64,000 nucleotides of DNA, from positions 32,426,001 through 32,490,000 of the forward strand of contig OZ024742.1 of assembly GCA_964016885.1 (NCBI GenBank), written 5' to 3'. The DNA comes from Eledone cirrhosa (lineage: Eukaryota). Under the pieces are notes generated by a model. It searched no databases and was not told the origin of the DNA. It saw only the letters and a list, made by a program, of their open reading frames with translations. The position numbers and the translations under genes are program-made. Of this stretch, positions 26,125-38,529 are shown one piece after another; within the stretch, counting starts at the first letter, position 1, and every line of letters begins with the position of its first letter.

Positions 26125-27181
26125 TACATCATCATCGTTTAAGGTCTATTTTCTATGCTAGCATGGGTTAGATGAGTTGTCCCATTTGAAGTAAGTCAGG
26201 GCAGGTGACCGTGTCTTGGACATATAGAACTGTTTCTGGCTTAGTTTCTATGGCTGGCTGGATGTCCTTCCTAATGCCAACCACATTTACAGTGTTGCTG
26301 GGTGCTTTTTGTTGTGACATCTACACGATCACTTAAAACTGTGGGTCAAGTGCTTTTTATCGTGGCACCCTAACGACCACTTTACATTGTGGGCAGCGTG
26401 CTTTTTGTCATGGCACCAAAACAACCACTTTACAGTGTGGACTGGTGGAGTGACATAGGATGGAATTTCTACCTACTCCTTTCCTGCACACTGAGCAAGG
26501 GGCCCTGTTTTCCTTTCTACATACCAGGTCTTTAGTCTTTGACAAGTTAACTTTAAGACCTTTTGATTCTAGGCCATGCTTCCAGGCTTAGAATTTCTTC
26601 TCTAGTTCTGCCATAGTTTCAGCTATAAGAGTTAGATCACCTGCATACAGAAGTTCCCATGGGCAGCCGGTCTTAAACTTTTCCATTATAACCTGTAGGA
26701 CAATAACCGGAGAAGGCTAAGGACAGAGCCCTGATGGACACCTACCTGTACACTAAATTCTTCACTATAGTTATTGTTAATTCTAACCTTGCTGACTGTT
26801 CCTCTTTACATCGCTTGCACAGCATTCACAAGCCACTCATCTACTAGTTTTCTAAGAGCCCTCCAGAAAATGGAATGGGGGACTCTGTCAAAGGCTTTCT
26901 CCAGGTCAACAAAAGCTAAGTAGAGGGGTTTACTTTTAGCTAGGTACTTCTCCTGTAGTTGCCGTACAAGGAAGAGAGCATCTAAGGTACTTTTACCTGG
27001 CATAAACCCAAACTGCATTTCATCTAGGTTAACTCGGTCCCTAATCAGCTGTGCTATAACGCTTTTGTGACTTTCATGACTTGGTCAATCAACTTGATGT
27101 TTCTATAGTTTTCTCCGTCTGAAGCATCTCTTTTGCCTTTGTAGCAGTTGACAATGATGCTGCTATGCCAATCATTGGGTA
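26125..27181 (-). mobile_element. Degenerate RTE-type LINE with RT fragment and internal deletion
   Basis: MQFGFMPGKSTLDALFLVRQLQEKYL...AFVDLEKAFDRVP; 3'UTR and tail at 26125-26450. Confidence 0.88.
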
Positions 27182-27427
27182 TACATATGTGCATACATAA
27201 ATACCCCCCCCCCCCACACACACACACACAAGCTGTCTAATATACAGACAAGAGGTATTGGAGACCAGCCACTGTAGACCAGCAAGCCAGTAGGACCCAT
27301 ACATACTAGTCAGAGGTTCTAATAAACATCAGCTTAGGGGATAAAGAACAGCAGTACAAGGAGCCAACCCACCACCACCACCACCAAAAAAATAAAAAGC
27401 TCAAAACGTATTTGCTGACATACTCAC

Positions 27428-27562
27428 CTCGCAGATTTTGGTTTTCTTTGTTCATTCGAATTAAAAGAAGAGTTTCTTGTATGGCCTTCCTCCAGCGGGC
27501 TCGGGCATCCATTGTAGGCCGACAGCTGACCGTCTCTTGGGAGGGAGAGTCATCTAAGCTAT
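27428..27562 (-). CDS. TBC1D1: TBC1D1/4 exon (135 nt, phase 1/1): (Y)SLDDSPSQETVSCRPTMDARARWRKAIQETLLLIRMNKENQNLR; calmodulin-binding-domain-like helix
   Basis: Acceptor ccttatag (an alternative in-frame ag lies 9 nt further in) and donor gtgagt; WxKAIxxxxLLxRMxKENQxL motif. Confidence 0.93.
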
Positions 27563-28841
27563 CTATAAGGGAGAGAGAAATAGAGAGATTGTTAATAAGG
27601 TTGGCAAGTCACCATCCCTAGTGTTGGAGAGTCATCTAAGCTATCTGTGTGTGTGAGAGAGAGAGAGAGAGAGATGGATGGATGGATGGAGGGACAGATG
27701 GATAGACAGACAGGCAGACATAGAGAGATATCTTTCTAGATAGACTGATAGACAGACAGACGGAGAGAAAAGAGAGGGGAGACATTATTTGTCAGATTGA
27801 CAAATGACAGTCAGAAGGACACAGGATAGTGTTTGTTTTTTTTTTGCAAGTCTGGTACATATTTTACTGATCTGTATTTGTCAAACACTAAACAGTATAA
27901 GTAAACAAACACACACACACATATATATATATACATAAACCCATGCTAGCGTGGAAGATAGACGTTAAACGATGATGATGATATATATATATATATAGAT
28001 ATATATATATATATACACACACATATACATATATAGCTTTGTTACAATTTGGTGAAGAAACAGAATATTATTTATTCTATGTGTAAAACAACAGGTTTTG
28101 TACTAGTAATAATTATATTGCCAACGTAACAGAAACTTATTTAATCAAACCAATCCTGGAATTGTTAAATGTTTAGCAAAGAGGGAAGGGCAGTGGCCAT
28201 GAAACTTTTCAGGGGGCGTCAAAACTGGTGGGAGGATTGAAGGAATTTAAACTCAAATCATAGACATGGCCCAAATATTTGCAACAAAGTGGACTCCGCT
28301 AAAGGCACACTAGGGTCAGGTGGTGGTGTTTTATTAATGTTTAGTCAGGGAGGGAAGGGCAGTGCTGATGACCTTTTTCAAGGCCATCAGCCATCAAGAC
28401 TTATAAGAAAATATGGCTCAAATGCTTTCAAGACTCTTGCTAAAAAGCATCCCAGGGTCATGTAGTGGTGTTAAACTGGGTGATAGATGGATTCTATTGC
28501 CCAAATTGGTTGCAGAAGGATTTGAACTCAGAATGCAAAGAAGTGGAACAGATACTGCAAAGCATCTTGTTCAATTACCAAACAGTTCAGTTGATACTTT
28601 ATTTTTTCAACCCCTCAAGGACAAACAACAATGGCTTTGGCAGGATTTGAGGACTGGAACAAATATCTCAACATCCCATCTACTCAGCTAATTCACTGCT
28701 TTAATTATGACTGACTGGCTTTGCCTATCAACAACCTCCTACTACATTATAAATATATAACAACAACCACAATATGTGTGAGTGGGGGACAAAATTATAT
28801 AGTGGGGTATGACAATTGAAGTGATAGTTAGGTTTACTCAC

Positions 28842-29014
28842 AAGGCCGTGTGCTGTCAGCTGGTGTGACAACTCGGTTGAAGATGGCCTGCCTCCAAGAC
28901 CCTCGGCGTGTCGGCGTTGCTATAACGGAACTTTGGTCATCAAAGGATGAACAGATTGAAGAGGAAGCACTTTCAGGGGACAGCTGGGTCATACTGCTGC
29001 CAGAGATTAGGAAC
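28842..29014 (-). CDS. TBC1D1: TBC1D1/4 exon (173 nt, phase 2/1): (M)FLISGSSMTQLSPES...TPTRRGSWRQAIFNRVVTPADSTRP
   Basis: Acceptor tcccag and donor gtgagt; SWRQxIFxRVxTP is a TBC1D1/4 signature. Confidence 0.93.
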
Positions 29015-29475
29015 CTGGGACACCAAAACAAATAGAGAAACCATAATTGACATAAAATACGTATATACAAAAAGTCAACAAGGAAAAACACTGGAGAACA
29101 ATACAGTACAATGATAATTAATTTAGCACTTGATATAGTAGTAAAACAGTCTTAATATATCAGTTGTTAGTCCTTCATCAGAAAAGAAAGAAGAGTGGGA
29201 GAGAAGTTAAGAAACAGAGAGAGGGAAAAGATTAAAAAAATTGAGACAGGTAGAGAGGTGGCATTGAGAGGGGTGAGAGTGAGAATGGAGAGATGGAGAA
29301 GAGAGAAATAGAAAGGGAGGAATGGGACAGAGAGAGGGGGACTGATAGAGAGTGGGAGTGACAGAAAATGTATGTGTAAGTATGTAAAGATAAGAAGATA
29401 AAATTGTAATGTAGTCCAATCAAAACAGCAAAAACAAATGCAGTTTTACTGTATATTCCAATAATTTAGGATGTA

Positions 29476-29802
29476 CAGTAGTCCCCCAGTATTCATGGGG
29501 GCTACATTCCTAGAGAACCTGCTAATATTGGATGTGGTCCATAAAAATGCCTATAAATGTCAAAATATAATGTAAAATAAAATTTAAAAAAAGAGGGAGC
29601 GTCTTAGGCTGGCAAATACGGTATATTGTTAATAATAATTTAGTGTTAAAAAATATATATTACCACGAAAAAAGCCATTAAAAAAATTGCAGAAGATATT
29701 TACAAGTCCGCAACTATTCGGTGGTTTCCACGAACAACTATTGGTTAAGTTTTAAGGAAAATTCCGCAAACAACCAGGATCGCGAATGCCGGGGGTACAA
29801 TG
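29476..29802. mobile_element. Tc1/mariner (Tigger/pogo-like) MITE; a second copy lies inverted at ~45161-45515
   Basis: TA target duplication; imperfect TIRs cagtagtcccccagtattcatg / cgcgaatgccgggggtacaatg; internal sequence matches 45161-45515. Confidence 0.75.
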
Positions 29803-30826
29803 TACTTCGTTGTGAGACATCACAGGTTCTTCAGATGTTCTCGATCCAAGAAAAAAATTCAAGTGACTGGTAATTCCACGCTGGTCCTTACACGATGAAA
29901 CTGCAGTTGTGACCTCGAAGTCAATTACGTAACTTTTTATCTAGTTTACTTATCCTATCCCACTTATAAAATTATAACAGTCTGACTAATTGATCAATTA
30001 TTTAATTCATTCATTGAGCAAAACTTGCAACTGATAGACACACATATGTATATATATATGTATATATATATATGTATCTTCAATAATTTTATTCTACACT
30101 CCCTTATGGTCACGTAAAAAATTAGGCTGGAACAGACTGCTTTTTCTATAATAGTAATCCTGTGAATCACCAGTTATCCACCTCTTGCTACCCTCCTTGT
30201 TGATCACCTACCACGTGATTTTTTTCTCCTATGAAATTATCACCAGTAACGGTTACTTGACATTTTTTCTTGAATTAAGAATGTCTCCTGAAGGACCTGT
30301 GATGTCACATGGTGAAGTATATCCTAAATTGCTTCTTACACAATGAAACTGCAGTTGGGACCTCGAAGTAAATTAGGTAACTTTTTATCTTGTTTGCTTT
30401 TCCCACTAATCAATTTATATCATCATCATCATCATTTTACGTCCACTTTTCCCTACTTGCAAGGGTGGGAGGGGTCCTCTTCAGCACAGTATCTTAGTAC
30501 ACCCTGTAGAATAATAATGCTGATGTCATGATAAAATACTCTCATTATACTTTGCAAAGTAAGCAATGCTGATGCCATGCTAAAATACACCCAGACTACA
30601 TTGTAAAGTGGTAATGCTAGTGCCAAAATAAAATGCACCAAGTACACTCTGTAAAGAGGTTGGTGTTAGGAAGGGCAACCAACCAGAGACACCATGCCAA
30701 AATGCAATGTATGAGCTAGACATGGTCTTCTGGCTTGTTTAGTCTCAGACTGTGATAAAACATTTAATCCATGACAACATGGAAAATGAACATAAAAACT
30801 GATAATGATGAGGACAATATACTTAC

Positions 30827-31098
30827 ATGTGCTTCATTGGACTTGTGGCATTTCCTGATTGCCGCCTATTGTTATCCTCTTTGTAGAGGGTGTAATTGTT
30901 GTCCTTGTTAAGGTTCGTTGGAGGGAAGTTCTGTTTAGTTACTCTGGCTGTTGACATTGGTATCGCTCCCACAGTCGAGCTGCGAGGTCGGATCTCTGCT
31001 TTTGGAGAGTCTGGCGGCGATGGTAGCTGAAACTTTCGTTCCTTTGACATTGGAGAGGCAGACGGTGACAACTCCGGTGTTGTCGGAGCAGAAGAATC
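30827..31098 (-). CDS. TBC1D1: TBC1D1/4 exon (272 nt, phase 0/2): DSSAPTTPELSPSASP...RPRSSTVGAIP...SPMKH
   Basis: Acceptor cttcag and donor gtaagt; Ser/Pro-rich region with RxRxxT motif; phase 2 end matches the next exon. Confidence 0.88.
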
Positions 31099-31458
31099 CT
31101 GAAGCAGAAACAAAAAAATATATCAATTAGTGAAGAATTCTGTCTCAACATTTATATTGTTGAAGCAGACTGGCTCTGGGGTTAAGGTTTCAGACTACTT
31201 ACTGATCTCCAGGTCATGTGTTCAAGTCTTACTACCAGGGGAACCTGGCTGAAAATTTCACTGGGGCCTTTGCATATTATTTATGATAACAACAAAATTA
31301 ATTTGTGGCTCTTTAAATATTGTGAGGCACCTAGCTACAGCCACTGTCAGCACCCCACCACCTCCCTCGTCCATTACTGCTTACTACTAACAAACTAACT
31401 AACGTCAGTAACACATCCAAAAACTCATCAAGCAGATGACCATAAATATATATATATA

Positions 31459-32049
31459 TTTTTCCCTGGCCCATTCATCTATCTGTATCATTTCGTCCAG
31501 AATCCAATCTTTGCTTTTTCAATGCTATTCGATAATTCTATCTGATTGTTCAAAACAATCTTCTTGTATTTTTAAATTCCCATAATTCTTCTCTTATTAC
31601 TGTTATATATGCTTGTTAAATTATGCCCAAAATTCGAGGATTTTATTTAAACCTTAACCTTCTCTGCTCCCTCCTATTCTTCAACCCCCACCCATATAAT
31701 GCTGGTTCTCTCTCAATCCCTTCCTCTCTCTCCAAATATAAAATAAATCTGTTGCAAGTACGAAACTCAGAATTCGTCAACCCCTTTTCAGGCTAGGCTG
31801 CTCGCTCGGTGAAATGTAACATACTGATGCTATTTCTTTACTCTTCTCTCCATTTTTTTCCCTGGTCCATTCATCTATCTAACATTTCGTCCAGAATCCA
31901 ATCTTTGCTTTTTCAATGTTATTCGATAATTCTATCTGATTGTTCAAAACAATCTTCTTGTATTTTTAAATTCCCATAATTCTTCTCTTATTACTGTTAT
32001 ATATGCTTGTTAAATTATGCCCCAAATTCGATGATTTTATTTAAACCTT
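31459..32049 (+). repeat. Direct duplication of ~195 bp (31459-31655 and 31855-32049)
   Basis: Near-identical blocks tttttccctgg...ttttatttaaacctt separated by ~200 bp. Confidence 0.9.
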
Positions 32050-34092
32050 CTCGCTAACTACCCCATATCTGATGTAAAGTTATGTTGGTACCACAACATC
32101 CAGTCCGAAATAAATGAGGTCGTGTAGGTGTCATGACAAAAAAACACAGTCCACGCTGTAATGTGGCCGTGTAGGTAACACGGTAAAAACCTCCCAGTCC
32201 ACACTGTAAACGTGGTTGATGTTAGGAAGGGCATCCAGCCGTAGAAAACCCGCCAGACAGTCCTATACGAGCAAGACAACCAATCTTGCCTCAAGTGGAA
32301 AAATTCCCGTCCAAACCCATGCAAGCGTGGAAGATGGACGTTAAACGATGATGATGATGATATATATGGAAGTTGCAGGTTTGTATGATACAAACACACA
32401 CATACTACAGACCAGCCAACCTCTAAAAACCCAAACGGGGAGTACCATGAAAAAAACTGTTCCATAATGAAAGCTATACGCATTTTCACAAGATAAGATA
32501 CCTCTTACCCACCCCAAAATGGGTGGGAGATCTCCCCTTTGGACAGAGAGAGTTGACAGGTCTGACACTAGCATACATATATATATTTAATTATTTTAAA
32601 CACTTTCTTTTCCAAATAAGTCAAATTCATCCATTGTGCACAACTATTGGGTAGCATGTTTGTTTGCTGTTGTCTTGTTAACCTAGAATAAACAGCATTT
32701 GCTTTAGTTATTTTGTTTATCATTAAATATCAGCACCAACTACTTCAACGGTAATTAAATGAATAAACAGAAAGAAAATGAAAGCAATAAGGTGATGAAA
32801 TAAAAATGAACTGTGTATTATTGTCATCGGCTTCATCACTATCAGCAATGGGTTAGTCAAGTTGTCACACACTGAGACTGAACAGGTGAAATGACCATAT
32901 ATATCTTGTTCATATGTTCCAGTTTGGCATGGTTTCTATAGCTGGATGCCTCTCCTACCAACCACTTTAGAGTGTGTACTATCATGGCACCAGCACTTTA
33001 CACAGTAGACTGGGAGCATTTTATTGTGGTACCAACACTACCACATTACAGAGTGGGCTGGGTGCATTTTATTGTGGCACCAGTGCCATCACTAGCAGAG
33101 TGCACTGGGTGCATTCTAATGTGACATTAACACTAGTGCAGTAGTTGTATCCTTAGCTGGAGAGAGAGAGGGTGTGATGAGAGTGGGTGGGGTGGAGGAG
33201 ATGTGACTATGGAAGGAGTGACACTGCAGGAACAGTAACAGCTATCCACTGCTTGTTGAGAGAGCCACCACTCTGGTAAGAAAGGAGAGAGAGAGAGTGA
33301 GGAAGTAGGTGTCAAGTTGCGGGATCAGCTTGAGAGGGCCATCACTCAGGGAGGGAAGGAGAGAAAGTGAATATTACAACATACAAGGGCATTAAAATTA
33401 TTTCCCCCATGAATTTGACTTATTAGTAAAAGAAAATATCATTATTATCATCTTATTCCTATGTGTGGGGTTGGGGAGCAGTGATTAAGATTGTGGAGGT
33501 AAGAAGAATGATAGGTATACCATGGGTGATGACATGGGAGGCAGTGAGCCAGAGTGAGTGACAGCTTTTAACTACTTATAAATAAAAGAAAAGGCTTAAA
33601 ATTAAATGTATATATATGGATGTGTCCGTGTGTTGTATAGATGTTCATCATCATCAGCATTTAACGTCTATTCTTCCACACTTGCATGGCTTACATGGGT
33701 TCTCACTTCATATCATGAGACAAGTCAAGTCAGTGACCATGTCTTGCCCATATAGATCTGTAATTTGGCTTGGTTTCTACGGCTGGATGCCCTTTCTAAC
33801 ACCGATCACGTTAGTGTGGACTGGGTGCTTTTTATCATAACTACACAACCACTTTACAGTGTGGACTGGGTGCTTTTTATCATGACAACTACACAACCAC
33901 TTTACAGTGTGTGCTGGGTGCTTTTTATCATGACACCTACACAACCACTTTACAGTGTGTGCTGGGTGCTTTTTATCATGACACCTACACGACCACTTTA
34001 CCTAGTGTCTGGAAAATGCCTAAGTCATTGTTTACATTACATCTACCTAAGACAAAGTATCACCAATTAAACAAGAGACATGTTTTACGTAC

Positions 34093-34179
34093 AAATGAGT
34101 AAGCTGCCCAACTGCTCTCACTGTCGGTAGTTCCACTCCGTTGACGAAATGCTTCTCTTGCTTCATCCTTTTTACGACC
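34093..34179 (-). CDS. TBC1D1: TBC1D1/4 exon (87 nt, phase 0/0): GRKKDEAREAFRQRSGTTDSESSWAAYSF
   Basis: Acceptor ttttccag and donor gtacgt; in phase with neighbours; contains an RxRxxT motif. Donor position slightly less certain. Confidence 0.8.
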
Positions 34180-34921
34180 CTGGAAAATAAAACATTAAAA
34201 ATGCAACAGAAACAGCAGCAGCAGCAGCAGCAGCAACAACAACAACAGCAACAACAATTACAACAACAGTAATAACAACAAAAGCAATAACAGTTACAAC
34301 AACAGCAATAGCAATTACAACAAAAGCAATAACAGTTATAACAGCAATACCAAATACAATAACAACAGTTACAGCAACAACAACAATAATTGTTTCTGAT
34401 TTAGGCAAAAGGCCAACTTTTGGGAAGGGGAAAGTCAATTAAATTGAACCCAGTAAGTTACTGGTACTTTATTTTATTGACCTATAAATATGAAAAGCAA
34501 AGCTAACTTTGTGGGATTTAAAACCAGAACGTAAATGGCCATAACTCTGTGTCGCGAAGCACAGTGTCCGACACACTATCAATACTGTCAATCCACCAAC
34601 AACAATAATTCTTTCTAACACTGGTACAAGGCCAGCAATCTGAGGTAAGAGGAAAGTTGATAATACGACATCAACCCCAGTACTTGACTGGTACTTTATT
34701 TTATGATGAAAGGCAAAGTTGACCTCAGCAGGATTTGAACTCAGAATGAAGTCGAAACTAAATACCGCAAATTATTTTGTCTGATGCTCTACTGATACTG
34801 CCAATTAACTGCCCTATAACAACAATAATAATAATAATAGCAGGAACAACAACAAATATCCACAACAACATCACCACTAACACCACCACCAACAACATCA
34901 ACAAATACTAACCATACTTAC

Positions 34922-35020
34922 TCGGATTAAGCTTTCAAACGAATTAGTCAGACTTTTCTTGGCCTTGTTCCTAAAACTATCCAGTTTGGAAGTCTTAGTT
35001 CGATGGTCCATTATGTTAAA
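34922..35020 (-). CDS. TBC1D1: TBC1D1/4 exon (99 nt, phase 0/0): FNIMDHRTKTSKLDSFRNKAKKSLTNSFESLIR
   Basis: Acceptor ctctctag and donor gtaagt; resembles TBC1D1 LDMLKNKAKRSLTESLESIL. Confidence 0.92.
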
Positions 35021-36809
35021 CTAGAGAGAGAAAGAGAGAGTGAATGGTGAGCAAGGGAGAGTGAAACTGAGTGATGAGAGGGGGGGGGGTATGAATGGTG
35101 TAAGAGAGACAGAGATAGAAAAAGAAAAAAGTGAACAAATGAATTGTGAGAGAGAAAGAAAGTGTATGAGTAATGTGTTTGAGACAGAGGATGTGTGTGA
35201 GAGTGAGTGAGAGAGAAAGAAAGTAAGCGAGAGTGAGAAGAATGAACTCCAGTAGTGGAATGGTACTTTATTTATTGGCCTTGAAAGTACTAAAGGCAAA
35301 GTTGACTTTGGTAGGATTTACAGGGGGCTTGCTGTCTGGATATGGATCTAATAGGATCAAAATAAGTCCATTGCTTTCACTAAGTTGGTTTATACACAAT
35401 GTATTTTGGTTTATACACAAGTTATTCTCTCACTGTATTGTCTTAAATTGTTTCAAAAGACTTGGATAAGCTCAGATAATAGGAATTTTCCTTCTTGCTT
35501 CAATTGCATTGCCTGGACATACCTAAAGGGACTTTCGGTCATGAAATTGTAAGGATAGTCTATATTGATCACTAACCATATTCAGACTGTGAAGGGTTGA
35601 GAGGATCCTTCAGCTGTGTCAAAGGCATGGCAACCTCTCTAGGGTTGGTGATAAGAAAACACCCAGTACACTCTGTAAAGTGGTTGGAGATAGGAAGGGC
35701 ATCCAGCTGTAGAAACTACACCAAAAAGGATTGAGAAGACTCTTCAGTTGCATCAATGATATGACAATCTACCTACTGATGGTACCACAATAAAATACAT
35801 CAAGTACATTCTCTAAAGGGCAGGAACGTATGTGAGTGAGATGCAGGTCTGTTGATGACCTGTCCAACCCTTACTAGCAGGGAAAGTGGATGTATGATGA
35901 TGATGATTAGCTTGGAAGGTGGACGTTAAACAGCGATGATGATGATATATATATACATGTCCACCTGACTATAAGACTAGTAATTTCATTCAGTTGAAAT
36001 CATCAGGGGCTTTCCTGATGATTTCAACTGAATGATACAACACTAACCCTGAAGAAATCATTTCTATTTGAAATAAATTATGTACGTTCTCTACTTGATA
36101 TAATGAAAAGCTTCTTTAACTGTTTCGTTATACAATTCTATTTCGTTATACATGTGGTGGTTGGGTGTTGGGCAGGACTTCCAGCAGTAGAAACCATGCC
36201 AAACAAGGGATGAGAGGACTCTTCAGTTATATCACAACTTCTCTAGTGCTGCTACCATGAAAAATGCACCCAGTACACCCTGAAAGTTGGTTGGCATCCA
36301 GCTGTAGAAATCATGCCAAATAAAGATTCCAAAAAACTCTTCAGTTGTCTCAAGGGCATGATGTACTCTCTTGTGTTAGTTACATGATAAAAATCACCCA
36401 GTACACTCTGTAAAGTGGTTTTTGATAGGAAAAGCATCCAATTGCAGAAAACTTGCCAAACAAAGGGTAGAGAGGACTCTTTAGTGGTGTCAAAGATATG
36501 ATGACCACCCTAGTACTGGTGCCATGATAAAATTTACGGTGTATGTAAGAGAGATGTGGCCCCTGGCCTATCTTAGAGAACAATGGCTCCACGTAAGTAT
36601 TGACTTGGTCTATGCCAACCCATCCAGCTTGTGCAAGCATGGAAAAACAGGCGTAAGAGACAGGGAGAAAGAAGGGTTATATATATATATATATTTACCT
36701 CTAGCTTGCCCATGTTAATTACATGACCATGTCATGTACCATTAAACTGGGGTTGCACAACAAGAGTGGAAAGACAATAAGAGTGAGAGGTATATGTATA
36801 CATATTTAC

Positions 36810-36935
36810 CTCTAGTTTTCCAGTAGATTTTCCAGTAGAAATGTGATGATGTTCCCTCTGTTTCTGCTCACACAAATATCTTAAAGACATCATCATCACT
36901 TCCAACAGTTCTTCACTTGTCTGTGGCTTTTCTTG
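36810..36935 (-). CDS. TBC1D1: TBC1D1/4 exon (126 nt, phase 0/0): QEKPQTSEELLEVMMMSLRYLCEQKQREHHHISTGKSTGKLE
   Basis: Acceptor tgttcag and donor gtaaat; LRxLxExKQxxHxHI motif shared with TBC1D1/4. Confidence 0.9.
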
Positions 36936-37614
36936 CTGAACATTAAAAAATATTTAAATTTCCCTCATAAATATTGAAAAAAATAATACAAAATATAAAA
37001 CAAAAAAGTTATGTAAATTAAATCAAATTAAACAAATCATGAAAAACAAAAAATAATCCATCCATCCAGACCCATACATATTCTACACTGCCCTTTGTTC
37101 ATGACTGGCAGAATGCAGCTTTCTTCAGAGGACAAGATGACTGAGCTAAGTGAGCCTAGTGGGTGGATCTTTTCTTCACCAGCAATTCTTGAATTTCCTT
37201 GTTTTCATCAAACCAGTCTTTGTTATTCTTTAAGGTGAACCCAAGGACTTCTTCTGATGTCTGCAGAATGGCATTTTTCAGATGTCCCCAAAGTGTTTCT
37301 GGAGAGGAATTGTATCTTCAAGCCACAACTGAAGTGCTGCCTAGAAGTTGACTGGAAAATGCTAACCTTGAACTTTTTCCTATGATTCGAACTGCCAATG
37401 TGAGCAATTACAAACTATGGAGCACCTTATAGTTTGCCCCAATCTTGAAGATTCAGGCACATTTAACGACCTTGAAACAAAGATAAGTTGATCATGGTCA
37501 AGAAATAAATCTATTTTTAAAAAAGTGACTGGATAATCATATCTGGAACGCTCAATGATAGACTGGCTGTGGGCTAAATAACAATAAAGGATGGTTCATA
37601 AAGTTATAGAGTAC

Positions 37615-37706
37615 CTTCCATCTGTTGTGCATCTCTGCTGCATCTTTCTCTGGTAACTGCTGCACCCTTCTCTTTAGCAGCTCTATACCACACACAGTAC
37701 TCAGCA
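37615..37706 (-). CDS. TBC1D1: TBC1D1/4 exon (92 nt, phase 1/0): (V)LSTVCGIELLKRRVQQLPEKDAAEMHNRWK
   Basis: Acceptor ttttcag and donor gtactc; open frame with phases matching both neighbouring exons. Confidence 0.85.
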
Positions 37707-38529
37707 CTGAAAATACAAACAGAAAATGTATATATCCCCTTCAAGACCCCGCCCATAACCCAACACTACCTCCCCTCTACACTAACATCCCTGATTTCCC
37801 TTAATTGTCCAGCCATGCTAGCATAAAAAGAGGGGTATATCTCACAATGTACCACCAGATGTCCTTCACTCCCTTCGAGGCCATTTCTACAATGTGACAT
37901 TTACTCACCCTCCGTCTCTTACCGTAGCTTCCATTTCCTCTGCTCTCATCCCACATACATCACCACCTTCCCAGCCTCACCGAGGACACAATGTGCTCAA
38001 ATGTTGAAAAGAGGCCCATTTTATTGTGAAACCAACACTGCCACTTTACAGAGTACTTGGTGCATTATATATATATGTGTGTGTGCAACTGTGAGAGTGT
38101 GTGTGTGTGTGTGTGCATGTGTGTCTATTATTAACCATTTATTTCTTAACATAAATTCTGTAATTGATGTAGGAAACATATAGTACAAATCTAGTTTAAC
38201 TGGAGTTTGTTAGGAATATGGTAAATAAAGGGTTAAAAGATAGAAAAAAAAAGAATGTGTGTGCAAGATCGGTACTTCCTTTAGGTCTACTAGGCAGCCA
38301 CCTAGGGTTCAGATCTCAGAAAGACGCAATATTCAATTTTGAAGGATCATAGTTTTATACAAAGTTATATAATTAACTTAAATCTCTATATAAATTTCTG
38401 CAATTCTGTCACAACACATAGAAAGAGAGGAGTAGTTTGACTACCTCATACTACTCCTCTCTCTTTACATCTGCTGCCTACGTAAATGTATGTGTGTATA
38501 AAAGGAAGGAAGGAGATGGTAAAAAAACT

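Noticed and set aside
33133-33330. Possible extra TBC1D exon (acceptor cttaccag near 33275)
   Set aside because: The required phase-0 frame hits TAG with no good donor; the sequence looks repeat-derived.
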